Assembly (NCBI GenBank): GCA_965242725.1 | Contig: CBDESZ010000031.1 | Location: 64,001 to 128,000, forward strand | Origin: Alkalispirochaeta sp. | Lineage (GTDB): Bacteria > Spirochaetota > Spirochaetia > DSM-27196 > Alkalispirochaetaceae | DNA: 64,000 nucleotides | Direction of reading: 5' to 3' | Part shown: in pieces, positions 21,492 through 32,075 of the stretch | Layout of the letters: every line of letters starts with the position of its first letter | Numbering within the stretch: the first letter of the stretch is position 1 | Position numbers and translations under genes: made by a program | Notes under the pieces: model-generated | Databases searched by the model: none | What the model was told of the DNA's origin: nothing | What the model saw: only the letters and a program-made list of their open reading frames with translations

Positions 21492-22247
21492 GTGCAAAAA
21501 GAAGCTGAAAGCGACTTGCTTACACAGAAACCGATCTCAAAGAATACCATCGTCACGCAAGTGATGGCCCGGATAAAGGAATTGATTGCGTCAGGGAAAT
21601 ACCGGCCGGGTGATCGACTTCCTACGGAGCAGGAGTTGGCCACACTTTTCGGAGTCGGCCGCTCCTCTATCCGGGAAGCGATAAAGGTATTTCAACACCT
21701 CGGCGTCGTTGACTCAAAAGCCGCCAAGGGGACCTTTGTACAGGACCGGGCCAATATCTCACTCGAGGCGATCACCTGGGCACTGCTTCTGGGAAATGAT
21801 GATATCCGTGACGTCTACGAACTCAGGGAAGCGATAGAATCAATCTCGTTCCGGCGTGTGGCGGGACGGCTGCAGCGCCACGAGGAATCGGGCCAGAAAA
21901 CGCTGGATCGATTACGGGACGTCGTCCGGGAGATGTATGACGCTGCGGAAAACGATGATTGGGACGGAATGGCTGAAGCGGATTATCACTTTCACCAGGC
22001 GATAATTGAAGGAGGTGAGAACCACCTTTTTTACGATGTCTATCATACCCTTCAGGCATTTATGAAGAACGCGATCCGACAGACGTATCAGCATATGGAA
22101 ACTATGAAAGTCGTCGCAGACGATCATGCGGATATTGTTCGGGTTCTGGAAACAAAATCCGTTGAAGAAGCGGTAACCAGACATTGGCAGCATTTCAGGC
22201 GTACCAGAAGACTCATTGGCTTACCAAAGACACAGAATGATGAATGA
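21492..22247 (+). CDS. GntR/FadR-family transcriptional regulator
   Basis: GDRLPTEQELA..FGVGRSSIREA, KGTFV, FCD-like DYHFH. Confidence 0.92.
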   Translation: MQKEAESDLLTQKPISKNTIVTQVMARIKELIASGKYRPGDRLPTEQELATLFGVGRSSIREAIKVFQHLGVVDSKAAKGTFVQDRANISLEAITWALLLGNDDIRDVYELREAIESISFRRVAGRLQRHEESGQKTLDRLRDVVREMYDAAENDDWDGMAEADYHFHQAIIEGGENHLFYDVYHTLQAFMKNAIRQTYQHMETMKVVADDHADIVRVLETKSVEEAVTRHWQHFRRTRRLIGLPKTQNDE

Positions 22248-23067
22248 CATGCAGCATACACAGACACATGCCGTGATCACCGGGGGCACACACGGACTTG
22301 GTTTTGCCGTGGCAAAGCGCCTCATACGGGACGGTGCGCAAGCGGTTGCAATTTGCGGGCGTGATGAAAAACAGGGCGAGGCGGCGATAGGAGAACTGCG
22401 TGAGTACGCAAGAGCCGTTTCCGGGGATGTGGAATGCAATCATGGATTGCCCGAACTCCTGTACGTCCCGACAGATCTGGCCGATCCTGACCAGGCAACC
22501 GGTTTTGTAAAAACAGCAATCGCTCAATTCGGTACGGTAAACGCTTTGCTGAACAACGCGGGATATCCCGGCAGGGGCGGGCTCCTGGATACGGACAAGG
22601 ATATGTGGGACCGTCATATGGCGATCAATCTGCGTGCTCCCTTTTTGACGATGCAGGAGTTTGTCCGGCACGTGAAGGAAATCGGCAGTCCCGGAACGAT
22701 CGTTAACGTATTAAGTATGGTGGTCCACTGCGGCCAGTCGTATCTCACGCCGTATTCCACCGCAAAAGGCGGACTGGCGACGCTCACAAAAAACGTAGCC
22801 AACGCGTTCGTGAAGGACCGGATCCGCTGCAACGGAGTACTCACCGGTTGGATGGAGACCGCCGGGGAGGCTGAAATCCAGAGGGAGTACCACGGCGCCG
22901 GAGCCGACTGGGCGGAGGAGGCGGGAAAGCGGTTGCCCCTGGGACAGCTTGTCCAGCCTGAGCAGCTCGCCGGATTGATTTCCTATATGTTGAGTCCGGA
23001 GTCGGGGGTCATGACGGGCTCACTGGTGGACTATGACCAGGTCGTGGCGGGGGCATACCCGGAATGA
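22237..23067 (+). CDS. SDR family oxidoreductase
   Basis: TGGTHGLG, NNAG, YSTAKGG. Confidence 0.9.
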   Translation: MMNDMQHTQTHAVITGGTHGLGFAVAKRLIRDGAQAVAICGRDEKQGEAAIGELREYARAVSGDVECNHGLPELLYVPTDLADPDQATGFVKTAIAQFGTVNALLNNAGYPGRGGLLDTDKDMWDRHMAINLRAPFLTMQEFVRHVKEIGSPGTIVNVLSMVVHCGQSYLTPYSTAKGGLATLTKNVANAFVKDRIRCNGVLTGWMETAGEAEIQREYHGAGADWAEEAGKRLPLGQLVQPEQLAGLISYMLSPESGVMTGSLVDYDQVVAGAYPE

Positions 23068-23888
23068 TCCTCACATTGCACGGACAGGTGACACTTCACG
23101 GCAATATCCTCTCCGACGTAAGGATCGCCCGTGATGCGGGGTACGGCGCCCTGGAAGTGCACACCGACAAGTTGATGCGCTATCTCGACGCGGGGGGAAC
23201 GGCGGCGGAGCTGAAGTCCGCTCTCGATGCCTTCGGGATCGAGGCCGCGGCGATCGATATAATAGGCGGAATTGAGGTGACCGGCCGGTCCGAGCGGGCG
23301 GAGTTATTCACCCGGACCGAACGGCTCTGTGAAGTAGCCCGCGTGATCGGCGCTCCGACGATACAGGTCAACCCCTTTTCCGCCCTGGACGGCCTGCCCC
23401 TGGACGAGGTGATACGACTTACCGCCCTCAACTTGAAGGAGATCGCCTCGATCGGATCCGCAAAAAGGATTCGTTTTCAAATTGAGGGCGCCGCGTGGAC
23501 CCCGATTCATACACTTGACGATTGTCTCCGATTGATCGATACAACAGGACGGGACAACGTCGGACTGGTAATAGACTACTGGCATTTCTGGGCGAGCCGT
23601 GGCGCGAAACCTGCGGATATCGTCCACCTTGATCCGTCCCTGATTTACGGCGTACACCTCTGCGACGGATTTCGACCGGGACCCGGTGAATCGTGGGTCG
23701 ATGAACGGGAGTTACGGGGTGTCCTGCCCGGTGATGGTGAGCTGCCCGTTCAGGAATGGACGGATGCTGTCAAGGCGACAGGATTTCACGGATACATCTC
23801 CGGTGAGTTTCTAAACTGGCGTCTATGGGAGCATGATCATCTGGAAGTCGCTACGGAAATGCGTCGTCGCATCGAGAACTATCTATAG
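23064..23888 (+). CDS. sugar phosphate isomerase/epimerase TIM barrel (IolI-like)
   Basis: E...DYWH...HLCD...LPGDG...SGE metal motifs. Coupled to the SDR by an ATGA overlap. Confidence 0.8.
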   Translation: MILTLHGQVTLHGNILSDVRIARDAGYGALEVHTDKLMRYLDAGGTAAELKSALDAFGIEAAAIDIIGGIEVTGRSERAELFTRTERLCEVARVIGAPTIQVNPFSALDGLPLDEVIRLTALNLKEIASIGSAKRIRFQIEGAAWTPIHTLDDCLRLIDTTGRDNVGLVIDYWHFWASRGAKPADIVHLDPSLIYGVHLCDGFRPGPGESWVDERELRGVLPGDGELPVQEWTDAVKATGFHGYISGEFLNWRLWEHDHLEVATEMRRRIENYL

Positions 23889-23902
23889 CGCGTGGTCTGC
23901 AA

Positions 23903-24874
23903 TTGGACCGATATTTCCCTTTCCGCTCCAATGACGAAACCCCGATTACCGTTGAGCGGGTTATCCGTGGCGGTTCGGTGGAGCTCCACAAACATCTCTT
24001 CTATGAGTTCGTTTTGGTCAGTCGTGGATCCTGTGTTCACACGTATGACGGGAGTGACGTTGTCCTCCTGCCTGGAGACGTGTTTCTTCTTCCGCCCCAG
24101 GAAAGTCACGCATTCCGCGTCGACGGTGATATGTCCATATATAACTTGCAGTTTTTTCCCCACCGGATTGGCGCGCGATGGCACGGGCACGTTCGCCAGG
24201 GGGAGGCGCCGGGCGGCGAGAACGATCCATCGAGTATCAATGCTCCGTTGAAAGAGCGGTGGGACGATATTCTGCGGGCGGTCTCACTGGGGCGCAATGT
24301 AAGTACCGCAGGGGGACAACACGGCGAAATACTACGCCGCCACGCCGATCTCAATGCGCAGGGTATCATTCACCTTGATGAAGGATATCGCCGGAAAGTT
24401 GAAGAAATGCTCGAGGAGATTATCACCGAGCAGACGACCCAAAACATCGGTTTTGAGTTTATTAAGCACGCGTATCTTGAGATCATCCTGGTTATGCTGA
24501 TCAGGGTGCAGCGGGAACAGCTCCCCCAGCCCGGGGAAAACCGTACTCGTAAACGAGAAATTGTCGCCAAGGCGCTCAATCGGATTGAAGGCAATCTCAT
24601 GTATCCGCCGGAGATCGAAACGATTGCGGCGGAATCATATGTTACTCCCAACTATTTCAGAACGGTCTTCAAGGAGATTACCGGGCTTACCCCGACAAAC
24701 TACATCAACCGCCTCCGCATCACTCGAGCTCTCGAGCATCTCCGAAATGGCGGTATGTCCGTCGCCGAAGCGGCGGAAGCGGTGGGCATCGCCGACCCGA
24801 ACTACTTTTCCCGCCTTTTCAAGAAAGTTGTTGGGCATTCACCTCGCAGGTCCATCCCCTCTTCTTTCGGGTAG
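23903..24874 (+). CDS. AraC-family transcriptional regulator
   Basis: Cupin HKHLFYE and C-terminal double HTH ending NYFSRLFKK. Confidence 0.9.
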   Translation: MDRYFPFRSNDETPITVERVIRGGSVELHKHLFYEFVLVSRGSCVHTYDGSDVVLLPGDVFLLPPQESHAFRVDGDMSIYNLQFFPHRIGARWHGHVRQGEAPGGENDPSSINAPLKERWDDILRAVSLGRNVSTAGGQHGEILRRHADLNAQGIIHLDEGYRRKVEEMLEEIITEQTTQNIGFEFIKHAYLEIILVMLIRVQREQLPQPGENRTRKREIVAKALNRIEGNLMYPPEIETIAAESYVTPNYFRTVFKEITGLTPTNYINRLRITRALEHLRNGGMSVAEAAEAVGIADPNYFSRLFKKVVGHSPRRSIPSSFG

Positions 24875-24897
24875 GGAGATGTAATTCTGTGCGAATT

Positions 24898-24910
24898 TGC
24901 AAACGTTTCG
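24898..24910. promoter_or_regulatory. possible LacI-type operator TGCAAACGTTTCG
   Basis: AAACGTTT core upstream of the 24948 operon, similar to the site at 29241. Confidence 0.4.
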
Positions 24911-24947
24911 TCCTAACCGGTTTTGTCAGAATGTCGTACAATAGGGT

Positions 24948-25973
24948 ATGAGCTCGAACGAAGGTCGATTCCAACCGGTTCGTTGGGGGGTGCTGGGAAC
25001 CGCCAATATCGCACGGGCCCGCGTTGTTCCTGGTATGGTCGCGAGTCCCGCTGCAGAGGTGGTTGCAGTGGCATCCCGGAGTTTAGAAAAGGCACAATCA
25101 TTCGCCGACGAGTTCGACGTCGAGAGACGGTACGATACGTACGAGGCGCTCCTCAGCGATTCTGATATCGAAGCGGTGTACATTCCTCTTCCCAACCATA
25201 TGCATGTCGACTACGCCAGGGCCGCCCTTGATGCGGGAAAGCACGTTTTGTGCGAAAAACCGGTAGCTTTGAACGCGGCAGAGGCGCAGCGCCTGGCGGA
25301 CATACCCGAAGGGTTGCTCTTTGGTGAGGCCTTTATGGTCAGACACAACCCGCAGTGGAAGAAAACCCGTGAGCTGCTGCGGTCCGGTGAATACGGCAAG
25401 GCGATGGCGGTGCAGATTATCCTCGGATTTCACCTCGAAGCGCCGGCGGATTTCCGGTTCCGTCCGGAGTATGGCGGCGGCGCCCTCTATGACCTCGGTT
25501 GTTATGCAATCATGAGTTCCCGATACATTTTCGAATCCGAACCGATCCGCGTCTTTGCGTCAATGGACACCGATCCGTCAACCGGTACGGACCGTCTCGT
25601 GACGGCCATCCTCGATTTCGGCGACGGCAGATACTCGACGTTTACATCCTGGTTACACGTTGCGGCGATGCAGCGGGTGCAGATCGTCTGTGAAAGGGGT
25701 TCCATCGACCTTCCCGCTCCGTACGTTCCGACTGAGACGTCGCCGGCGGAACTCTATGCGGACAGCCACAACAGTTTTGATGACATCGATCGCCGACGGA
25801 TCGAGGTATCTCAGGTTGATCAGTATACCCAGGAAATTACCGATTTTTCTCGGGCGATTCGTGGAGAGTTTCGGTACGAGTTTGGACTGGACGACGCGAT
25901 AGCGCAAATGAAAACGATGGATGCGATCTTTACCTCCGCGGGTAGCGGTCAATGGGAGGCGGTAGCTCCATGA
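24948..25973 (+). CDS. Gfo/Idh/MocA oxidoreductase
   Basis: WGVLGTANIA, YIPLPN, CEKP, GGGALYDLGCY. Confidence 0.9.
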   Translation: MSSNEGRFQPVRWGVLGTANIARARVVPGMVASPAAEVVAVASRSLEKAQSFADEFDVERRYDTYEALLSDSDIEAVYIPLPNHMHVDYARAALDAGKHVLCEKPVALNAAEAQRLADIPEGLLFGEAFMVRHNPQWKKTRELLRSGEYGKAMAVQIILGFHLEAPADFRFRPEYGGGALYDLGCYAIMSSRYIFESEPIRVFASMDTDPSTGTDRLVTAILDFGDGRYSTFTSWLHVAAMQRVQIVCERGSIDLPAPYVPTETSPAELYADSHNSFDDIDRRRIEVSQVDQYTQEITDFSRAIRGEFRYEFGLDDAIAQMKTMDAIFTSAGSGQWEAVAP

Positions 25974-27136
25974 AAGAGTACGGCATTGCGGTTCTCGGAG
26001 CGGGTATGATCGCTGCGGCACACGCTGCCGGGTATCATACCTACAGGCATCGCTTTGAAGAACAGGGCGCTAAATTTGCGCTCCGGACGGTGTGCGACAT
26101 TGAATCATCAGCGGCCGGGACACTCGCCCGCCGTTACGGCGTTGAACGGACGGCCGACGACTGGCGCGCGGTGATGGATGATCCCCGGGTGGACATCGTC
26201 AGCGTGGCATTACCGAACTACGAACATGGAAAGGCTACCGCCGCCGCATTGGACGCGGGTAAACATGTTCTGTGTGAGAAACCGCTCGCCCTGTCCGCCG
26301 CTGAGGCGAGAGATATCGTCGAAAAGGGGAATCGCGCGACCGTCGTCGCCGGGTCGGTATTCAATTACCGTCGCATACCGGCGGTTGCGGAGATTCAAAG
26401 AAGAGTTGTCGCAGGCGATATCGGTGATCTGATCCACATGACCGCCGAGTATCACTCGGATTACGCTGCAGACCCGTTGGTACCGTATAGTTGGCGTTAT
26501 GAACGCGCCCGTTCCGGTGGCGGGGCGCTTCACGACCTGGGGGCTCATCCCATCGATACAGTACGATTTATCGCCGGGGAAGTAACGGAAGTCCTCAGTG
26601 CCGCCTCGACGATCACCGTACCGGAACGCTATCTCCCCGCAGGGGCTACCCGGGGACATGATCTCGGCGCTCTGAGCAACGAGAAGCGTATAGTGGACAA
26701 CGACGATATGACAACGGCGATGCTTCGAGTAGAAAATGGTGCAACGGTGCACTTCACCGCGAGTCGCGTCACGGTGGGAATGGGAAACACGATGCACCTA
26801 TGCGCCGTCGGGACAAAAGGGACAATTACGTTCACCACGGCGCGACCGGGCGAGTACACCATTGCTCAAGTCGGCAAAACCTCGCCGTATCCGTTTCGGA
26901 CGGTATTGAACCACCCCGCGTTCCCCCACGTTTCCGAATATGCGCCGGTGCCCCACGATCGCGTTGCCATCGGCTGGGCCGAGAGTTTCGGATACATGAT
27001 CGCGGAGTTCATGGAAGCGATTGCGACCGGCGGCGTATTTACCGGGGGCTCGCTGATCGACGGGCTGCGTGTAGCGGAAATACTCGAGGCGATCCAACGG
27101 GCCGCCGACGGGGGCGGTTCGGTACGGACCGTCTGA
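25970..27136 (+). CDS. Gfo/Idh/MocA oxidoreductase
   Basis: GAGMIA, CEKP, FNYRR, SWR, GGALHDLGAH. Confidence 0.9.
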   Translation: MKEYGIAVLGAGMIAAAHAAGYHTYRHRFEEQGAKFALRTVCDIESSAAGTLARRYGVERTADDWRAVMDDPRVDIVSVALPNYEHGKATAAALDAGKHVLCEKPLALSAAEARDIVEKGNRATVVAGSVFNYRRIPAVAEIQRRVVAGDIGDLIHMTAEYHSDYAADPLVPYSWRYERARSGGGALHDLGAHPIDTVRFIAGEVTEVLSAASTITVPERYLPAGATRGHDLGALSNEKRIVDNDDMTTAMLRVENGATVHFTASRVTVGMGNTMHLCAVGTKGTITFTTARPGEYTIAQVGKTSPYPFRTVLNHPAFPHVSEYAPVPHDRVAIGWAESFGYMIAEFMEAIATGGVFTGGSLIDGLRVAEILEAIQRAADGGGSVRTV

Positions 27137-27209
27137 TGACGACGCGGAAAATCAGTGAACGGACGGCCCCGGTCGGGGCCGGAATACATACAGGAAGAAG
27201 GAGAAGAAC

Positions 27210-28202
27210 ATGATACACGTAGGACTCATCGGAGCAGGCCGAATAGGGAAAATTCATGCAGGCAGTGTCGGAGGAAGCGGGAAAGCAAAATTGCGGTACG
27301 TCTCCGATGTTTATGCTCCCGCGGCCAAGGAGCTCGCGGCGGCATACGGTGCGGAGGTTGCCACGATAGACCACATCCTTCAGGACCCGGATATAGACCT
27401 GGTGATGATCTGTTCAATTACCGAGACACATGCCGACCTGATAGAACGCTCGGCGAAAGCGGGGAAAGCAATCTTCTGCGAGAAACCCATCGACCTCGAT
27501 ATCAAGCGCGTACAGGGCGTGCTCAACGTCGTCAAAGAGACGGACGCCACGTTGATGGTCGGTTTCAACCGTCGTTTTGATCCCAATTTTATGACCCTCA
27601 AGAAGAGGCTCGACGACGGTGATGCTGGAGACGTGGAGTTGGTGACGATAGCTTCACGCGATCCCGGCGCTCCCCCGGTAGAATACATTAAAGGATCGGG
27701 AGGACTCTTTCGGGACATGACGATCCACGACTTTGATATGGCGCGATGGCTCCTGGGTGAGGAGCCGACTCAGGTATATGCCAGCGCCGCAACGTTGACG
27801 GATCCAGAAATCGAAAAGGCCGGGGACGTCGATACTGCGGTTGTAACGCTCACCTGTCCAAGCGGCCGTATGGCGGTCATCACCAACAGTCGCCGGGCGA
27901 CCTATGGGTATGATCAGCGGATAGAGGTACACGGCAGCAAGGGGATGCTTCAGGCGGGGAACGTAGCGGAACACACCGTTGCCTTTGCCGGCGAGACCGG
28001 CATCACGGCGGCGAAACCGATGTTCTTTTTCCTCGAACGGTACGCCAAGGCGTATCAGAACGAATTTGCAGCCCTTGTGGACGCTCTGGAAGCGGGCACA
28101 GCCATTGGTCCGGGCGGTGAAGATGGTTTGCGATCACTGGAGCTTGCGGATGCGGCCTTCGAGTCGCTCAAGACCGGTGCATCTGTCCAGGTTGGAAAAT
28201 AA
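27210..28202 (+). CDS. iolG: myo-inositol 2-dehydrogenase
   Basis: GAGRIGKIHA, CEKP, GFNRRFD, SRDP, SGGLFRDMTIHDFD, YGYDQRIE. Confidence 0.9.
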   Translation: MIHVGLIGAGRIGKIHAGSVGGSGKAKLRYVSDVYAPAAKELAAAYGAEVATIDHILQDPDIDLVMICSITETHADLIERSAKAGKAIFCEKPIDLDIKRVQGVLNVVKETDATLMVGFNRRFDPNFMTLKKRLDDGDAGDVELVTIASRDPGAPPVEYIKGSGGLFRDMTIHDFDMARWLLGEEPTQVYASAATLTDPEIEKAGDVDTAVVTLTCPSGRMAVITNSRRATYGYDQRIEVHGSKGMLQAGNVAEHTVAFAGETGITAAKPMFFFLERYAKAYQNEFAALVDALEAGTAIGPGGEDGLRSLELADAAFESLKTGASVQVGK

Positions 28203-28204
28203 GA

Positions 28205-29167
28205 ATGAAAATCGGAATGGTCACTGACAGTCTCGGCAATCTTGGATTTGACGAGATGCTCGATGTGGCGGCGGAGCTTGGTCTTGAAACGGTGGAATTT
28301 GCTACCGGCAACTGGTCGACTGCGCCGCATCTGGACCTCGACAGATTGCTGGCCGATGGGAATGCCCGGCGGAATTTTCTCGCGGCGGTGAAAGATCGCG
28401 GTCTGGAGATTTCGGCACTCACCGCAAACGGCAACCAGCTCCACCCGGCGGCGGAGGGTAGGGACCACGACCGCGTCGTCCGCCGGACAATCGAACTGGC
28501 GTCGATGATCGGCCTTGATCGCGTTGTTCTGATGTCGGGACTTCCCGGGGCTCCAGGTGACTCACATCCCAATTGGATTACCCTCACCTGGCCGCCGGAG
28601 ACGGTCCGAATCCTGGAGTACCAGTGGAACGAGGTTGCAATCCCGTACTGGAAGGACCTTGTAACGTATGCCAAGCGCTATGGAGTCACCAAACTGGCTC
28701 TGGAAATCCACGGGGGACAGCTCGTGTATAACGTACCGTCCTTTTTCCGCCTCCGTGACGCCGTCGGCGAAACGGTGGGCGTCAATTTTGACCCCAGCCA
28801 CCTGATATGGATGGGGGCCGACCCGCTGGCAGCAGTTGATGCGCTGGGCGACGCAATTTATCACGTCCACGCAAAAGACGCGATGATCGTCGAGCGGAAT
28901 CGGGCGACCAACTCGCTACTTGAGACGATCCCGCCGACCCACGCCTCAATCCGCGGGTGGAATTACGTGACACTGGGGTACGGCCGGGATGAAGCGTGGT
29001 GGAAAAACTTCTGCTTCCGCCTCAGGACGAACGGGTACGATGATACCCTCAGTATTGAACATGAGGATGTCACCATGTCTCGCATGGAAGGTATGAAAAA
29101 ATCGGTACACCTGTTGCGGAGCTGTATGCTTACGGAGCCGTCAGATTACCAGTTACCGGCAATATAG
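28205..29167 (+). CDS. sugar phosphate isomerase/epimerase (AP-endonuclease-2 TIM barrel)
   Basis: EIH, NFDPSHL.W.G.DP, HVHAKD, SIEHED. Confidence 0.85.
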   Translation: MKIGMVTDSLGNLGFDEMLDVAAELGLETVEFATGNWSTAPHLDLDRLLADGNARRNFLAAVKDRGLEISALTANGNQLHPAAEGRDHDRVVRRTIELASMIGLDRVVLMSGLPGAPGDSHPNWITLTWPPETVRILEYQWNEVAIPYWKDLVTYAKRYGVTKLALEIHGGQLVYNVPSFFRLRDAVGETVGVNFDPSHLIWMGADPLAAVDALGDAIYHVHAKDAMIVERNRATNSLLETIPPTHASIRGWNYVTLGYGRDEAWWKNFCFRLRTNGYDDTLSIEHEDVTMSRMEGMKKSVHLLRSCMLTEPSDYQLPAI

Positions 29168-29179
29168 GCGCTGCCGTCG

Positions 29180-29209
29180 GGCCGCCCGGAAGATCCCGGG
29201 CGGCCTTTT
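29180..29209 (+). terminator. intrinsic terminator
   Basis: GGCCGCCCGG-aagatc-CCGGGCGGCC followed by TTTT. Confidence 0.8.
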
Positions 29210-29240
29210 ACATTCCATCAAAATATGGTTTGCAAAATGA

Positions 29241-29278
29241 TGCAAACGATTGCAAAATGCTCGTTGTCGTAGTAGGAT
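29241..29278 (+). promoter_or_regulatory. promoter of the iolE-D-C-B-G operon with an overlapping LacI-type operator
   Basis: Palindrome TGCAAACGATTGCA (29241-29254) overlaps TTGCAA-17 bp-TAGGAT. Confidence 0.65.
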
Positions 29279-29298
29279 GACCTGAAAAGGAGAATCCA

Positions 29299-30195
29299 TT
29301 GATACGCGTAGCAAACGCGCCTTGCTCATGGGGCGTCATAGAAAATGTGGAGGGCAGCCGTCTCACCTACGAGAATGTACTTGATGAAATGGCTGCCACC
29401 GGATACGCCGGTACGGAACTCGGTGACTGGGGTTTTATGCCCACAGATCCCGACGTACTCGCGGCGGCGTTGGAGCGACGGAACCTTTCATTGGTAGCTT
29501 CGTGGGTATCGGTGTTCCTCCACGATCCGTCCCTCCTGGACAACAGCATTGCCGAGGCAATCCGCACCGCCCGACTGCTCCGCGCCGTGGGTGGTGAAGA
29601 AGCGTTGGTTGTACTCGGAAATGATCCCCATACCGACATTATTAGAACCAATAATGCGGGTCGTGTGAGCCCCGAGATGTCCTTGACGGCGGCACAGTTC
29701 AACAAATTCACCGACGGAGCAAACGCGATTGCCCGTGCGATACGAGACGAAACGGGGCTGCGCACCGTCTTTCACCCGCACATCGCTACCTTTGTGGAGA
29801 CTCCGGCGGAAATCGAGACCTTTGTCGCAGGTACCGACCCCGACCTCGTTGGTATTGCCTTTGATACCGCCCACATCGCGTACGGCGGGGGAGACCCCAT
29901 ATCGGCATTGCGGAAATATGCCGATCGGATCCGCCATGTGCACTTCAAAGGATACAGTGAATCGGCGGCGCGAAGGTGTCGGGCAAACAGGATCGACGGG
30001 GTTTCAGCCGTGGGCGAAGGGGTCTTTTGTGAGCTTGCTGAGAGTGACATCGATTTCTCCAAGGTGCTGTCGGTACTCAAAGACGTCGAGTACGACGGGT
30101 GGATCGTCATTGAACAGGACGTATTGCCGGGGACGGGAACGCCCCGGGACAACGCCCAACGTAACCGGGAATATCTGAAATCGATCGGCATATGA
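29299..30195 (+). CDS. iolE: myo-inosose-2 dehydratase-like TIM barrel protein (paralog 3)
   Basis: ANAPCSWG, HPH, DTAH, HFK, IEQD. TTG start after AGGAG. Directly upstream of iolD. Confidence 0.75.
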   Translation: MIRVANAPCSWGVIENVEGSRLTYENVLDEMAATGYAGTELGDWGFMPTDPDVLAAALERRNLSLVASWVSVFLHDPSLLDNSIAEAIRTARLLRAVGGEEALVVLGNDPHTDIIRTNNAGRVSPEMSLTAAQFNKFTDGANAIARAIRDETGLRTVFHPHIATFVETPAEIETFVAGTDPDLVGIAFDTAHIAYGGGDPISALRKYADRIRHVHFKGYSESAARRCRANRIDGVSAVGEGVFCELAESDIDFSKVLSVLKDVEYDGWIVIEQDVLPGTGTPRDNAQRNREYLKSIGI

Positions 30196-30205
30196 TAAGG
30201 GGTGA

Positions 30206-32074
30206 ATGATGGAAACGATGAGACTGACCGCGGGACAGGCACTGGTGAAGTTTCTTGATAATCAATACCTGCAGGTAGATGATCGGGAAATCAAGTTTGT
30301 CGAGGGTATATTTGGTATCTTTGGTCATGGCGTCGTCGTCGGCCTCGGGGAGGCGATCCAGGAGCCGAACCACAACCTGACCTTTTACCAGGGGCGAAAC
30401 GAACAGGGCATGGCTCACGCTGCGATGGCGTACGCCAAGCAGAACAATCGACATAAAATCATCGCCGTCACAAGTTCCATCGGACCGGGAGCGCTGAACA
30501 TGGTTACCGCCGCGGGAACGGCCACTTCCAACAGGATTCCGCTGCTCCTGTTGCCTGGAGATGCATTTGCGTGTCGGCAACCGGACCCGGTTCTTCAGCA
30601 AATAGAACAGAGTTATGACTATACCGTCACGGCCAACGATGCCTTCAAAGCGGTAAGCAAGTATTGGGATCGTATCGCCCGACCGGAACAACTCATGACT
30701 GCAGCGATAAATGCGATGCGCGTCCTGACGGACCCGGCGGAGACGGGTGCAGTCGTACTGGCCCTGCCTCAGGACGTACAGGGCGAAGCGTTTGATTATC
30801 CTGCCGATTTCTTTGCACGGCGGGTCCATCGCTTTTCCCGTCGGCCGCTCGCATCGGGTGAGGCGGAGGCGATTGCAGCCGTCATCGCCGGAAAAAAACG
30901 ACCCATGATAATCTGTGGAGGCGGTGTTCGGTATTCAGAGGCGGGCAATGCGCTGGCTTCTTTTGCAGAGGAATTTGGGATTCCCATCGGAGAAACTCAG
31001 GCCGGCAAGGGTGCTGTACGGTGGGACCACCCCCAGAATCTCGGCGGCCTTGGTGTAACGGGGACACTCGCCGCCAATCGGATTGCCCGTGAGGCAGATC
31101 TCATTCTCGCGGTAGGAACTCGTCTCAACGATTTTCACACCGCCAGCAAATCGGCGTTCCAGGCCCCGGGGGTTCAAATCGTAACGATCAATGTAAATGC
31201 TTTTGACGCATACAAGATGAACGCGGCCCCGTATATCGCCGATGCCCGTACCGCCTTGGAAGAGCTTGCGCCCGTTCTGCGAAGGAAAAAGTATGTTGCC
31301 TCCTACGGTGGTGACGTCGGCAAAGCCAAGGCAGCATGGAATGCCGAAGTCGATCGGCTTTTTGCCCTCGACGATACCGACGGGCTTACCCAGACACGGG
31401 TCATTGGAATGCTCGGCGACTTCATGAGTGAAGAAGATGTCATCGTTTCGGCATCCGGAAGTTTGCCGAGCGACCTTGAACGCCTGTGGCGTCCTGTTTC
31501 GCCGGACAATTACCATCTTGAGTATGGTTTTTCCTGTATGGGATACGAGGTGCCGGGGGCCTTGGGCGCAAAGCTCGCCGTGGGAAAGGATCGTGAAGTA
31601 TATACCCTCGTCGGAGACGGCGGATTCCTGATGCTCCATTCGGAACTGATCAGTGCCCTGCAGGAACAGCAGAAGATCACTATCGTTCTTGTTGACAATA
31701 TGGGATTTCATTGTATCGATAATCTACAGGGCTCAAAAGGAATACCTCATTTTGGGTGTGAATTTCGCTACCGGGATGAAACATCCAATACACTCAGCGG
31801 CGACGATATCGCGATTGACTATGCAATGGTCGCCAAAGGGTACGGATGCGACTCATTTTCCGCGCGCACTGCAAAGGAGCTCAAAGACGCGTTACATGAG
31901 GCGCGTAAAAGCATCCGTCCAGTTCTGATCGACGTAAAGACGGTAAAAAAATCGATGACCGACGGATACGAAGCGTGGTGGCGCGTCGGAATCCCTGAGG
32001 TTTCCAATAAAAAAGAGGTAGTAGAGGCGTACGAGGAGCAGCAGGAGATGCTCAAGAAGGTAAGGCTCTACTGA
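30206..32074 (+). CDS. iolD: 3D-(3,5/4)-trihydroxycyclohexane-1,2-dione acylhydrolase
   Basis: IFGHG, NEQGMAH, PDPVLQQ, YHLEYGFSCMGYE, ThDP motif GDGG..N, WWRVG. Confidence 0.93.
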   Translation: MMETMRLTAGQALVKFLDNQYLQVDDREIKFVEGIFGIFGHGVVVGLGEAIQEPNHNLTFYQGRNEQGMAHAAMAYAKQNNRHKIIAVTSSIGPGALNMVTAAGTATSNRIPLLLLPGDAFACRQPDPVLQQIEQSYDYTVTANDAFKAVSKYWDRIARPEQLMTAAINAMRVLTDPAETGAVVLALPQDVQGEAFDYPADFFARRVHRFSRRPLASGEAEAIAAVIAGKKRPMIICGGGVRYSEAGNALASFAEEFGIPIGETQAGKGAVRWDHPQNLGGLGVTGTLAANRIAREADLILAVGTRLNDFHTASKSAFQAPGVQIVTINVNAFDAYKMNAAPYIADARTALEELAPVLRRKKYVASYGGDVGKAKAAWNAEVDRLFALDDTDGLTQTRVIGMLGDFMSEEDVIVSASGSLPSDLERLWRPVSPDNYHLEYGFSCMGYEVPGALGAKLAVGKDREVYTLVGDGGFLMLHSELISALQEQQKITIVLVDNMGFHCIDNLQGSKGIPHFGCEFRYRDETSNTLSGDDIAIDYAMVAKGYGCDSFSARTAKELKDALHEARKSIRPVLIDVKTVKKSMTDGYEAWWRVGIPEVSNKKEVVEAYEEQQEMLKKVRLY

Positions 32075-32075
32075 G

